Assembly: GCA_016931775.1 (NCBI GenBank)
Contig: JAFGEC010000232.1
Span: forward strand, 1 to 51,673
Source of the DNA: Candidatus Zhuqueibacterota bacterium
GTDB taxonomy: Bacteria; Zhuqueibacterota; Zhuqueibacteria; Residuimicrobiales; JAFGEC01
DNA length: 51,673 nucleotides
Direction of reading: 5' to 3'
A model generated the notes under the pieces. That model was not told the origin of the DNA. It did no database searches and worked only from the letters and a program-made list of their open reading frames with translations. Made by a program: the position numbers and the translations under genes. Positions 18,006 through 26,920 of the stretch are shown here, piece after piece. The stretch's first letter is position 1; each line of letters starts with the position of its first letter.

Positions 18006-18934
18006 CAGCGGAAGACGTACAACCTGAAATATCGGTGGTTATTCCATTTTATAATGAGGTGGAAAATGCGCCCAGAGTGTGGACGGCGCTTGAAAAAACT
18101 CTCAGGCAAATGGATCTAAGCTATGAAGTTATTTTTGTGGACGACGGAAGTACCGACGGCACGCAGGATGTATTAAGAGAACTGGCGAAATCCAACAGAA
18201 CCCTAAAGGTCATTCTATTCCGGGCTAATTTTGGCCAATCGGCTGCTATGGCTGCCGGATTTGAAGCCACGCGCGGGAAAGTCGTCATTGCTATGGATGG
18301 GGATCTGCAAAACGATCCCGCCGATATTCCTAAATTATTGCATAAACTCAAAGAAGGCTATGATGTGGTGAGTGGTTGGCGTGCGGATCGAAAAGACAAA
18401 CTTATTGCCCGAAAAATCCCATCTCGAATCGCCAATCGAATTATTTGTTCTGTGACCGATGTAAAACTTCACGACACCGGTTGTTCTCTCAAAGCCTTTC
18501 ATGGTGACACATTGAGAAAAATATCACTCTATGGTGAGCTGCATCGCTTTATCCCGGCGCTGTTACGTATTGAAGGTGCCCGTATCGCAGAAATTCCGGT
18601 GACTCACCATGCACGCAAATATGGTACGTCCAAGTATAATCTGTCCCGTACTTTCAGGGTGATTATGGATTTGGTGACAATTCGTTTATTAATGAAACAT
18701 TTACAGAATCCGCTGGTTTTTTTTGCCAGAATCTCGTTTTTATTTTTTTTTGCAGGAGCGGCCGCCTTTGCCGCATCTGTCTACATGCTGTCTGTTCAGA
18801 ATGCGCTTTTCGCAGATCTCAATATCCTGTTGATCTTGACTGCCCTGCTTTGGGCTTCATCGTTTCAATTTTTGCTCTTCGGCCTCGTCGGTAAGCTTGT
18901 TGTCAACAGCGGCACGAGAAAAATACTGAGCTAG
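18002..18934 (+). CDS. GT2 polyprenyl-phosphate glycosyltransferase (GtrB/ArnC/Dpm1-like) with C-terminal TM helices
   Basis: ISVVIPFYNE, VDDGSTDGT, the AMDGDLQNDP DxD motif, and DTGCSLKAF...HRFIP. Two C-terminal TM helices. Start set at ATG 18002 (ATGA overlap with the upstream stop) rather than the track start 17975. Confidence 0.9.
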   Translation: MTAEDVQPEISVVIPFYNEVENAPRVWTALEKTLRQMDLSYEVIFVDDGSTDGTQDVLRELAKSNRTLKVILFRANFGQSAAMAAGFEATRGKVVIAMDGDLQNDPADIPKLLHKLKEGYDVVSGWRADRKDKLIARKIPSRIANRIICSVTDVKLHDTGCSLKAFHGDTLRKISLYGELHRFIPALLRIEGARIAEIPVTHHARKYGTSKYNLSRTFRVIMDLVTIRLLMKHLQNPLVFFARISFLFFFAGAAAFAASVYMLSVQNALFADLNILLILTALLWASSFQFLLFGLVGKLVVNSGTRKILS

Positions 18935-18935
18935 A

Positions 18936-19925
18936 GTGTCATTATCGAAAAAGGTGAATCAAAAGGTGACGAAACAACAACTAGAAAAAAGCCGGAATGA
19001 AGAAAAAATCAGTGTTATCGCCGCACTGTATAATCAGAAAGAGATAGTGGCTTCTCTTTGCCAAAATCTAATTGCTACTTTTAGGGACTATAAAAACTGC
19101 GAGTTTATTTTCGTCGATGACGGCAGCAGTGATAGTACTTTTGAAGCACTTAAAAATTTGGCGGCCACGGAAAAAAATATAAAAATTGTAAAGTTACGAA
19201 CGAGGTTTGGAGAATCTTCTGCCCTTGATGCCGGATTTAAAAACGCCGATGGTGAATATATTGTTTTTTTTACAGTAAGGGTGAATATCAATCCGGCCCA
19301 TCTGGGACGACTTGTTACCAAATTGCAGCAAGGAGATGACGTTGTCATCGGTGTGCGGTCGCCCCGTCGGGATTCCTGGCTTAACCGGTTTGTATCCAGG
19401 GTTTTCAACACTATTACAAATCGAATGACCACCCTGCACCTGCATGATATTAACAGCGGTGTACTGGCGGTTCGTCGAGCCGTGCTGCAAAATGTACCAT
19501 TTTATGGCGCCTTAAATGCGTTTATCCCCGTACTCGCTTCACGTCAGGGATACAGGATTACTGAGGAAAAAATTGAGCAAATGCCGGGGCATTTTGACCA
19601 GTCCATGTATCCGACCAGTTATATCCGTCGTTTACTGGATCTTATCAGTGTGGTGTTTTTGTCAAAGTATTCCAAAAAACCTCTTCATTTTCTCGGATTT
19701 ATCGGTGCGATTTTTACTATTATAGGGCTGATAATCAATGTATATCTTTTTACTTACCGAATTTTAGGATTGATCAGTCTGGCCGGTAAACCTATGTTGC
19801 TGTTGGGTACAATTCTATTGATTATAGGCATCCAAATGATCTCTATCGGCCTGTTGGGTGAAATGATTATTTTTACACATGCCAAAGAAATCAAGGAATA
19901 TAATATAGAGGAAATTATTGATTAA
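18936..19925 (+). CDS. GtrB-like GT2 paralogue lacking the DxD metal-binding motif (possibly non-catalytic)
   Basis: 329 aa, same architecture (VDDGSSDS, C-terminal TM pair). Where neighbours have AMDGDLQNDP or NTDADNQYN it reads FFTVRVNINP, and YNE is YNQ. GTG start 1 nt after the upstream stop. Confidence 0.7.
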   Translation: MSLSKKVNQKVTKQQLEKSRNEEKISVIAALYNQKEIVASLCQNLIATFRDYKNCEFIFVDDGSSDSTFEALKNLAATEKNIKIVKLRTRFGESSALDAGFKNADGEYIVFFTVRVNINPAHLGRLVTKLQQGDDVVIGVRSPRRDSWLNRFVSRVFNTITNRMTTLHLHDINSGVLAVRRAVLQNVPFYGALNAFIPVLASRQGYRITEEKIEQMPGHFDQSMYPTSYIRRLLDLISVVFLSKYSKKPLHFLGFIGAIFTIIGLIINVYLFTYRILGLISLAGKPMLLLGTILLIIGIQMISIGLLGEMIIFTHAKEIKEYNIEEIID

Positions 19926-20909
19926 ATGAGACTTGTCATTCAAATACCCTGTTTGAATGAGGCGGAAAACTTACCATTGACTCTGTCTTGTTTACCCAAA
20001 AAGATGGATGGGATTGACGAAATTTTAATACTCGTGATTGATGACGGCAGTACCGATGGAACATCACAGGTCGCCCGTCAACATGGTGTACAGCATATTG
20101 TCCGTCTGAAAAAAAATAAAGGATTGGCACAGGGCTTTATGGCCGGATTGGATGCAGCTCTGCGTTTGGGCGCTGATATTATTGTGAACACTGATGCGGA
20201 TAACCAATATAACGCTGATGATATTCATAATCTGATCCAACCGATTATTGAAGGTAAAGCGGATTTTGTCGTCGGGGATCGGAATACGAAAAACATCGAA
20301 CATTTTTCATTTTTTAAAAAACAACTGCAGACCATCGGCAGCTGGGTGGTCCGCCAAGTGTCCAATACAAACGTTCCTGACGCAACCAGTGGATTCCGGG
20401 CGCTATCGCGGGAAGCTGCGTTGCAGATGAATGTCGTGTCGCAGTTTACATATACCCTGGAAACAATCATTCAGGCCGGCAAAAAAAATCTGGCCGTCGT
20501 CAATGTTCCTGTTCGCACCAATAAAAAAATTCGTGAATCGCGGCTTTTTTCCAGTAATTGGAGTTATGTAAAAAATTCTGTGGCCACGATGGCCCGGATT
20601 TATACAATGTACGAACCGCTCAAGATGTTTTCATACGTGGGCGCTGTGATTTTTGGACTCGGATTTCTTTTGTGTGGAAGATTTTTATATTTTTACCTCA
20701 CTTCACGTGGAACCGGCCATATTCAGTCCCTTATTCTGGCGGCCGTATTTATGATTGTGGGTTTTCAAATTTTTATTCTCGGCTTAATGGCTGATATTAT
20801 CGGTTCGAATAGAAAACTGTTGGAAAATATCTTATACCATCTTCGAAAAAGTGAAACGAAATATGTGCCCGAAACAAAAGGTGAAAAATCTAAAGAGCGG
20901 TCTCGATAA
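19926..20909 (+). CDS. GT2 polyprenyl-phosphate glycosyltransferase-like (Dpm1/GtrB-like) with C-terminal TM helices
   Basis: 327 aa. IQIPCLNE, IDDGSTDGT, and the TDADNQ DxD motif. Two C-terminal TM helices. The ATG directly follows the upstream TAA. Confidence 0.85.
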   Translation: MRLVIQIPCLNEAENLPLTLSCLPKKMDGIDEILILVIDDGSTDGTSQVARQHGVQHIVRLKKNKGLAQGFMAGLDAALRLGADIIVNTDADNQYNADDIHNLIQPIIEGKADFVVGDRNTKNIEHFSFFKKQLQTIGSWVVRQVSNTNVPDATSGFRALSREAALQMNVVSQFTYTLETIIQAGKKNLAVVNVPVRTNKKIRESRLFSSNWSYVKNSVATMARIYTMYEPLKMFSYVGAVIFGLGFLLCGRFLYFYLTSRGTGHIQSLILAAVFMIVGFQIFILGLMADIIGSNRKLLENILYHLRKSETKYVPETKGEKSKERSR

Positions 20910-22061
20910 ATGAAAATATCCATGTTGGGCACTTTACCACCCTTAAAAGGTATATCCTATTACTGCTGGCACCTGAGTAATGCCTTAAACTCCCGGACGG
21001 AATTGGAATTTTTTACTTTTCGGCGTTTATATCCGGAATTCTTATATCCTGGTGGTACAAAAGCCGCGGATGCAATGGATGTTGTGCCTCAAAAAGCGGC
21101 TTTTCGGAGTTATTCAATTCTTAGCATTTACAATCCCTTCAGCTGGATTTATACGGGCATGAAAATTTCTGGTGATGTTGTACACGCTCAGTTTTGGAGT
21201 TTACCTGTTATTCCGGTCTATTTGGTTATTTTTATCATTTTAAAATTGAGGCGAAAAAAAATTATTATCACCCTTCATAACGTCGTTCCGCATGAACAAA
21301 GCCGCCTTGATCGCCTTTTGATGACAACCGTGCTCAAATTCGGAGAAAAATTCATCGTTCACAGTCATCGGAACAAACAACAACTTGCCGACATATATCA
21401 GATTATTCCACAGAGGATTTTCAACGTTCCCATGGGACCACAAAGTGTGTATTTTAAAGATACCATTTGGAACCGGGAAAAAGCGCGGAAAGTTCTGGGA
21501 ATCGACGAAAATACAAAGGTGTTGCTTCTGTTTGGCAATATAAGAGATTACAAAGGAGTTGATGATTTTATCACAGTTTGTTCCCTCGTGAAAAAACGGT
21601 ATTCCGGTTCGGTCGTCGGTCTGATTGTGGGCCAGCCATGGATTTCTTTTGAAAAGTATTTCCGGCAAATTAATGCCATGGGATTAAAAGATGATATCAA
21701 AACATTTTTGAAATATATCCCGGATCAGGAGGTAAATAAATATTTCTATGCCTGCGATATCCTTCTGTTGCCGTATAAAGAGATGCATGGACAAAGCGCT
21801 GTGGGTAATATTGCAGTGGCGTTGGAAATTCCTGTTGTGGCAACAGATGTCGGTGGTTTGCCCGATCTGGTTCTGGATAAAAAATCCATATTAGCCCCAG
21901 AGGATACTGAGGGAATGGCAAATCGAGTGAATGAAATTATAACTCAAAAATTTTTGATTGAAAAATTGAAACGAGATGCTCAAAAAATAAAACAACAGAA
22001 TTCATGGGAATGTATTTCACAAAAAACTTTAGAGGTATATCATTCTGCGGGTATTGAATAA
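20910..22061 (+). CDS. GT-B fold glycosyltransferase (GT4/GT1-like)
   Basis: 383 aa. C-terminal LLPYKEMHGQSAVGNIAVALEIPVVATDVGGLPDLV block. The ATG directly follows the upstream TAA. Confidence 0.75.
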   Translation: MKISMLGTLPPLKGISYYCWHLSNALNSRTELEFFTFRRLYPEFLYPGGTKAADAMDVVPQKAAFRSYSILSIYNPFSWIYTGMKISGDVVHAQFWSLPVIPVYLVIFIILKLRRKKIIITLHNVVPHEQSRLDRLLMTTVLKFGEKFIVHSHRNKQQLADIYQIIPQRIFNVPMGPQSVYFKDTIWNREKARKVLGIDENTKVLLLFGNIRDYKGVDDFITVCSLVKKRYSGSVVGLIVGQPWISFEKYFRQINAMGLKDDIKTFLKYIPDQEVNKYFYACDILLLPYKEMHGQSAVGNIAVALEIPVVATDVGGLPDLVLDKKSILAPEDTEGMANRVNEIITQKFLIEKLKRDAQKIKQQNSWECISQKTLEVYHSAGIE

Positions 22062-22956
22062 AAGAAAAAAAAATGAAAGAAGCGACGCGTCGGTCATCAT
22101 ACCATCGTACAACCATTTGAACCATATTGGTACTTTGCTGACTTCCTTAATGGCTCAAAATACACAATGGAAGTATGAAGTGATCGTGGTCGACAGTGGA
22201 CAGGATTCAACTGCAGAATTTATAGAAAAAAATTTTCCTACAGTAAAATTGATTAAACTGAAAGAGCGTGCTTTTCCCGGCCAAGCACGCAACATCGGCG
22301 TTGAACATGCCCGGAGCGATATTTATGTTTTTACCGATACGGATTGCCATGTGAGCCCGGATTGGATCGAAGTCATTGTAAATGAGCAAAAGAGCGGTAA
22401 AATGGCATTGGTCGGGCCGGTAAAAAACGGGACACCCATTCAAATATTCGGTATTTTGGACTATTTGCTCGAGTTCTACGATACCTTGAATGTAAATAAA
22501 GGTGTAAAGATCGGGCCTGTCGGAACCGTCAATGTTTCCTATCACAAAACGATATTTCAACGCTTTGGTCCACTCGACAGCTTCATAAAGGGAAGCGACA
22601 GCCGCTTTTCAAGAAAAATACTCGCGGCGGGTATTTTTATTTTTCACAATAAAAAAATGATCGTTTGGCATCATAATCGTACAAATATTTTTAAGGTTTA
22701 TAAAAATCAATATCTACTCGGTCTGGGTGCGGCCAGGACAAATTCCCTCTTTAAGACCAAGGGTAAAATTTTAACTGATTATCCGGTTTTGATCCTATTT
22801 ATGCCGTTTGTGAGAACGATCAAAATCGGATCAATTTTATTTACCAAAAGTCCTGTTAATTTTATATTTTTTATATTACTTTATCCGTTGATATTTGCGG
22901 GATTGGCTATACATGCGTTTGGATTTGCGAAAGGATCTCGGCAGAGTGGAGAATAG
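22054..22956 (+). CDS. GT2 family glycosyltransferase (soluble-type catalytic domain, hydrophobic C-terminus)
   Basis: 300 aa. VIIPSYNH, VVDSGQDST, and the FTDTDCHV DxD motif. TTG is the only in-frame start; 8-nt overlap with the upstream gene. Confidence 0.8.
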   Translation: MNKRKKNERSDASVIIPSYNHLNHIGTLLTSLMAQNTQWKYEVIVVDSGQDSTAEFIEKNFPTVKLIKLKERAFPGQARNIGVEHARSDIYVFTDTDCHVSPDWIEVIVNEQKSGKMALVGPVKNGTPIQIFGILDYLLEFYDTLNVNKGVKIGPVGTVNVSYHKTIFQRFGPLDSFIKGSDSRFSRKILAAGIFIFHNKKMIVWHHNRTNIFKVYKNQYLLGLGAARTNSLFKTKGKILTDYPVLILFMPFVRTIKIGSILFTKSPVNFIFFILLYPLIFAGLAIHAFGFAKGSRQSGE

Positions 22957-24271
22957 AAAAATCGCCTATTTTTTAAATTTTTTTCCGGTTTTGTCGGAAA
23001 CTTTTATTCTCAGTGAAATAAAAAATCTGCTTAACAGCGGCTTGTTCATAGAGATTTATGCTTTATTTCGCTCTGATGATGATCCGGACAGCCAAACTGA
23101 ACCTTTGATCGGCAAAACCTGGTTTTTAACCGATCATTTCAAGGCCGGGAAAATAACCTGGGCTCATCTTTACATGTTTATGCATGCGCCGCGGCGCTAC
23201 ATCGCAACCCTGCTGTTTGCATTGTCTCATCGCAACTCCCGCTCGTTAATGCGGCTTTTCCTGATTTTTTTCAAATTCCATAGCAAATGTCGGCACAGCA
23301 TTAATAAAAATGATCGGCAAAATATACTTTTACATTTTTTACTGGTGATGCCTCTGACTAAATATATACTAAAAAATCCTCCATGCCATATACACGCTCA
23401 TTACTTAAATGCGAGTGTTTCATTTGCTCTGCTGGTTTCCAGGCTATGTGGGATACCCTATAGCGTTTCCATACACGCAACAGATATTTTTGTTTCTCCG
23501 GAGCTTCCGTTGGTAAAATTGCATAATGCAGCGTTTATTCTTACATGTACACAATATAATAAAAAGTTTATTATTGATCGTTATCCCGCAGTCGACTCGG
23601 ACAAAATTTTGGTCAACTATCATGGTGTTGATGTAAAACGTTTGTCTCCCGAAGAAAACGGTAAAAATGAATCGACTGTTCTATTATCCATCGGCCGTCT
23701 TGTGCCTAAAAAAGGTTTTAAATTGCTTATTTCAGCATGTCAAAATCTGAAGAGGCGGGGTATTCGTTTTCACTGTTTTATTATTGGGGAAGGTGATGAA
23801 CGGGCATCACTGGAACTTTTGACTCGGATCAAACGGGTAAACGATGTGATTACCTTTACGGGTGCTGTGCCCTCCAGCAAGGTAAGAGAGTATTATCAAA
23901 AAGCCGATATTTTTGTCTTGCCATGTGTGATCGATCAAAACGGCGATCGCGATGGAATACCCAATGTCATCGCAGAAGCAATGGCTATGGAGCGCCCGGT
24001 GGTGTCCACGACCGTTTCCGGTATTCCCGAATTGGTGAATTCGGGGGAGACCGGTATTCTGGTGGAACCGGGAGACGTAGCGGCGTTGGAAAAAGCTTTG
24101 ACGTTTTTAATTCAATCTCCACGGGAGGCAAGGCGTATGGGCAAAAAAGGCAGACAAAGAGTCAAGGATGTTTTTGACCGGGAAGAGAAAACCAAGGAGT
24201 TGATTGATATTTTTAAACTAAAGGTGTATCAGAACCATGCCGCGGAACAAACAAGCCGGAGTAGTGGTTAA
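22946..24271 (+). CDS. GT-B fold glycosyltransferase (GT4, WcaL-like)
   Basis: The N-terminus KIAYFLNFFPVLSETFILSEI is typical of this GT4 subgroup. C-terminal LPCVIDQNGDRDGIPNVIAEAMAMERPVVSTTVSGIPELV. Start placed at GTG 22946; track start 22895 is probably an artefactual extension. Confidence 0.8.
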   Translation: MENRKIAYFLNFFPVLSETFILSEIKNLLNSGLFIEIYALFRSDDDPDSQTEPLIGKTWFLTDHFKAGKITWAHLYMFMHAPRRYIATLLFALSHRNSRSLMRLFLIFFKFHSKCRHSINKNDRQNILLHFLLVMPLTKYILKNPPCHIHAHYLNASVSFALLVSRLCGIPYSVSIHATDIFVSPELPLVKLHNAAFILTCTQYNKKFIIDRYPAVDSDKILVNYHGVDVKRLSPEENGKNESTVLLSIGRLVPKKGFKLLISACQNLKRRGIRFHCFIIGEGDERASLELLTRIKRVNDVITFTGAVPSSKVREYYQKADIFVLPCVIDQNGDRDGIPNVIAEAMAMERPVVSTTVSGIPELVNSGETGILVEPGDVAALEKALTFLIQSPREARRMGKKGRQRVKDVFDREEKTKELIDIFKLKVYQNHAAEQTSRSSG

Positions 24272-25055
24272 TGCTGATGATTTTGGTTTGTCGGAATCCA
24301 TTAATGCCGGTGTTTTTCAATCGGCCAAAACCGGTATCGTCTCCAGCGTTTCCCTGGCCTCCAACGGGGCCGCCTTTGGGCAAGCTGTTTTAATGCTTGC
24401 TGATCTGGATGTTTCCGCCGGATGGCATGTCAATTTAACAAGTGGTTTTCCGGTTTCGAAATGTGTCCCGTCACTCTTGAAGGACGACCGTTTTATGGGT
24501 AAAATCGGTTTTTTACATCGTTTTTTTGCAGGGAAAATCAAAGTGGCGCATATAAAACGTGAACTTGATGCACAATTAAACAGGTTGTTGAAAGCCGGTA
24601 TCAGGCTGACACATGCCGATGGCCATCATGATATCCATTTTTTACCCGGCCTGGCACAGATTTTAGCGAATTACTTCCGCTGTGCACATATCGACCACGT
24701 CCGGTATGCGGGTTCCCGGCTGGGCCTGCTGGATGATGCTGTCAAGCCCGTGAATATATTATCCCATTGTTTGCATCGGTTGTTGAGTGAAAATTCCCCC
24801 TATCATGTCCCTAAACGTCATATAAACATGGTCTGGGGAAGGGAACTGTATTTCGCCAAAGATAAGGACGGGATTTTGACCCGTTATCTCTTATCTGCAG
24901 GCGATGGTATTCATTTAATCGTCTGTCATCCGTCGGATTTTGTCGAAAAACCGGTTTATAATTTACGCTACAACGGCGGCAGCAAGGAACTGACGGCTTT
25001 GTGTTCGGAAACCCTAAAAAATAAAGCAACTTTTATTTCTTTTAACGAACTGTAA
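24237..25055 (+). CDS. ChbG/YdjC/HpnK-family carbohydrate deacetylase
   Basis: 272 aa. VVNADDFGLSESINAG at the N-terminus and THADGHHDIH, the conserved metal-site blocks of the YdjC family. Confidence 0.85.
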   Translation: MPRNKQAGVVVNADDFGLSESINAGVFQSAKTGIVSSVSLASNGAAFGQAVLMLADLDVSAGWHVNLTSGFPVSKCVPSLLKDDRFMGKIGFLHRFFAGKIKVAHIKRELDAQLNRLLKAGIRLTHADGHHDIHFLPGLAQILANYFRCAHIDHVRYAGSRLGLLDDAVKPVNILSHCLHRLLSENSPYHVPKRHINMVWGRELYFAKDKDGILTRYLLSAGDGIHLIVCHPSDFVEKPVYNLRYNGGSKELTALCSETLKNKATFISFNEL

Positions 25056-25057
25056 AA

Positions 25058-26908
25058 ATGAACAGAAAAAATTATTATTATTTATGTTTTTTCCTGGCGT
25101 TGGCTTTGCTTTTGAGGCTGGGTTTATTGCTTATCACATGGCTCAATCCCGACGAAGGCGCACATTTGATGGATGGGCGGCTTATACTTGATGGTTACAT
25201 ACCTATCGTGGATTATGAAGCACGACAGCCGTTTTATGTTTTTATGCTGGCAGTTGTTCTTAAAATATTCGGAGCCAGTTTTATCTATGGCCGATTGTTG
25301 CCGGTGATGGCATCTCTTGGAACCGGTTTGATATTGTTTTATATCGGCCGTCGATTGTTTAACGATGCTGTCGGACTTGTCGCCTGCGCTATCTATTTGT
25401 TTTTGCCCTTTCTATTAATGTGGTCGGTTGTTGTAAAAACCGAACCCTTAACTATTCTGCTCGCGAGCGCCAGTATTCTGTTTATGTTAAAATCTTACAA
25501 CATCTCTATTGAAAATCTAGGCTGGATGGTCTTTTCCGGGATGTTTGCCGCATTGGCTTATTATGTAAGAGCTTCCGCTTTTTTAATACCGACCATCATT
25601 GTCCTCTTTCTTTTATTTCGCTATGATACCAAACCGAAAAAAAACGGACCGCGGTTATTTTTGTTTGCCTTGGGATACTTGGTCGTTTGTATTTTAGCCG
25701 GAACAGTGTTTTTATCATCTATGTCCTTTCGGGATATTCTAATATCGCAAGTTAATCCGCTGGATACAATATACGATCATGTTGCTCATTTTATTACCAA
25801 ACTTTGGATACAGGGGAAAAGCGTGGAAGGGAGTGGTTTTCGTGTCCTGGATCAAAACTTTAGCTACACAAAAGCCTCCTGGTATCAGGGTGTTGTTTTT
25901 TCTCTGTTTGTATTTGTCGGCGGGATTTTGGCTTTTCTGCATTTTCTTAGTCATCGTTTGAAACACCGGATCAATACTTATTTATTGCTTGCCATATGGA
26001 CCGGATTTATCCTTTTCCCCTACATTTATCAAACTTTTTATCGCGGTTTTTTCCCACAATATATAACTGAAGCGTTACCGCCGTTAATTCTTTTAACCGC
26101 ATCGACCGGCCATAGGTTGATGCTTAAAACATCTCTTGGTAAACGAAGAATTTTGACTGTGATAGGGGTTTTCGGTTTGTTGTTTATACTGCAAAAAGCA
26201 TTTTGGCAATATTATCCCGGATTCACATGGACGCTCATTATAGCTGCCCTTTTGTGTGGAGTGGTTTTATATCGCAAGGCAGTCAATTTTTATTCTTTAT
26301 GTTATATTGTTGTAGCTGCCGTCCTTTCAGGTATATTAAACCATTACCTGGAAGGAATCGGTGTAAACCGGCTTCTATGTGTCGGATGTACATTATTAAT
26401 GTATTCAACAATACTGCTTTGCAACTCTATTCTAAAATGGAAAAAAGTCCTACTGAAGTCCAGCAGTGTTGTGTTGCTGACCGCTTTTTATATTACCGCC
26501 ATTTACTCCGGATCGCTTATCGGTCCTCGGTATGTGGGTGTTTGGTCACCCAAAGTAGTATATCAGATTAAAAAAATCCTGGAAGAACATGGTGAACGGG
26601 CCGATACCGTGCTTTCCGGAGGGATGATTTGGACCTTTGAGTCCGGCCGTTATCCTTTTCTGAATGTATCTCATCCCACGCAATTTTTACTCAAGGAATG
26701 GCCTGATTTTGAAATTCAGTTTGAGAACAACAAACCGGATTTTATCATAAAGGAAAGCTATACGGAGAAAAAGTTTTCCTATTTCTGGGAATTCCTTGAA
26801 TCACAAATCGATAGCAGCTACAGCCTGGTAAAATCGGTTCCGGCTCCACCCGGCACAGTGGATATCTATAAATTAAACGATCCCTTCTCGACAATTGATG
26901 TTCAGTAA
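25058..26908 (+). CDS. GT-C fold polyprenyl-phosphate-sugar-dependent glycosyltransferase (ArnT/PMT, GT39/GT83-like)
   Basis: 616 aa. More than 10 TM helices followed by a soluble C-terminal domain. An acidic first-loop motif, NPDEGAHLMDG, follows TM1 as in ArnT/PMT_2 proteins. Confidence 0.75.
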   Translation: MNRKNYYYLCFFLALALLLRLGLLLITWLNPDEGAHLMDGRLILDGYIPIVDYEARQPFYVFMLAVVLKIFGASFIYGRLLPVMASLGTGLILFYIGRRLFNDAVGLVACAIYLFLPFLLMWSVVVKTEPLTILLASASILFMLKSYNISIENLGWMVFSGMFAALAYYVRASAFLIPTIIVLFLLFRYDTKPKKNGPRLFLFALGYLVVCILAGTVFLSSMSFRDILISQVNPLDTIYDHVAHFITKLWIQGKSVEGSGFRVLDQNFSYTKASWYQGVVFSLFVFVGGILAFLHFLSHRLKHRINTYLLLAIWTGFILFPYIYQTFYRGFFPQYITEALPPLILLTASTGHRLMLKTSLGKRRILTVIGVFGLLFILQKAFWQYYPGFTWTLIIAALLCGVVLYRKAVNFYSLCYIVVAAVLSGILNHYLEGIGVNRLLCVGCTLLMYSTILLCNSILKWKKVLLKSSSVVLLTAFYITAIYSGSLIGPRYVGVWSPKVVYQIKKILEEHGERADTVLSGGMIWTFESGRYPFLNVSHPTQFLLKEWPDFEIQFENNKPDFIIKESYTEKKFSYFWEFLESQIDSSYSLVKSVPAPPGTVDIYKLNDPFSTIDVQ

Positions 26909-26920
26909 TCATTTCAAAAT

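Noticed and set aside
17624-18109. Long embedded or antisense ORFs inside well-supported genes. Examples: 17624-18109(-), 32020-32601(-), 32686-33261(-), 21240-21668(-), 45306-45704(-), 7453-7800(-), 31320-31760(+), 630-989(+).
   Set aside because: Each is fully contained in or opposite a gene with clear family motifs. Their translations show no motifs and have skewed composition. Such ORFs are expected by chance in AT-rich membrane-protein genes.
18717-18751. Homopolymer tracts as potential phase-variation switches: T8 18717-18724 and T9 18743-18751 in the first GtrB-like gene, A9 22065-22073 at the start of a GT2 gene, and A10 30583-30592 at the end of the DUF2304-like gene.
   Set aside because: They encode Phe or Lys runs expected in AT-rich TM or basic segments. 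A single sequence gives no evidence of length variation. This would need population or read-level data.
15741-25055. Reading the radical SAM + YdjC deacetylase + GT2 genes as a hopanoid side-chain HpnJ/HpnK/HpnI set.
   Set aside because: The three genes are dispersed and not adjacent. No squalene-hopene cyclase, HpnG or HpnH is present in the window, and the context is overwhelmingly polysaccharide. I keep it only as a mechanistic analogy.
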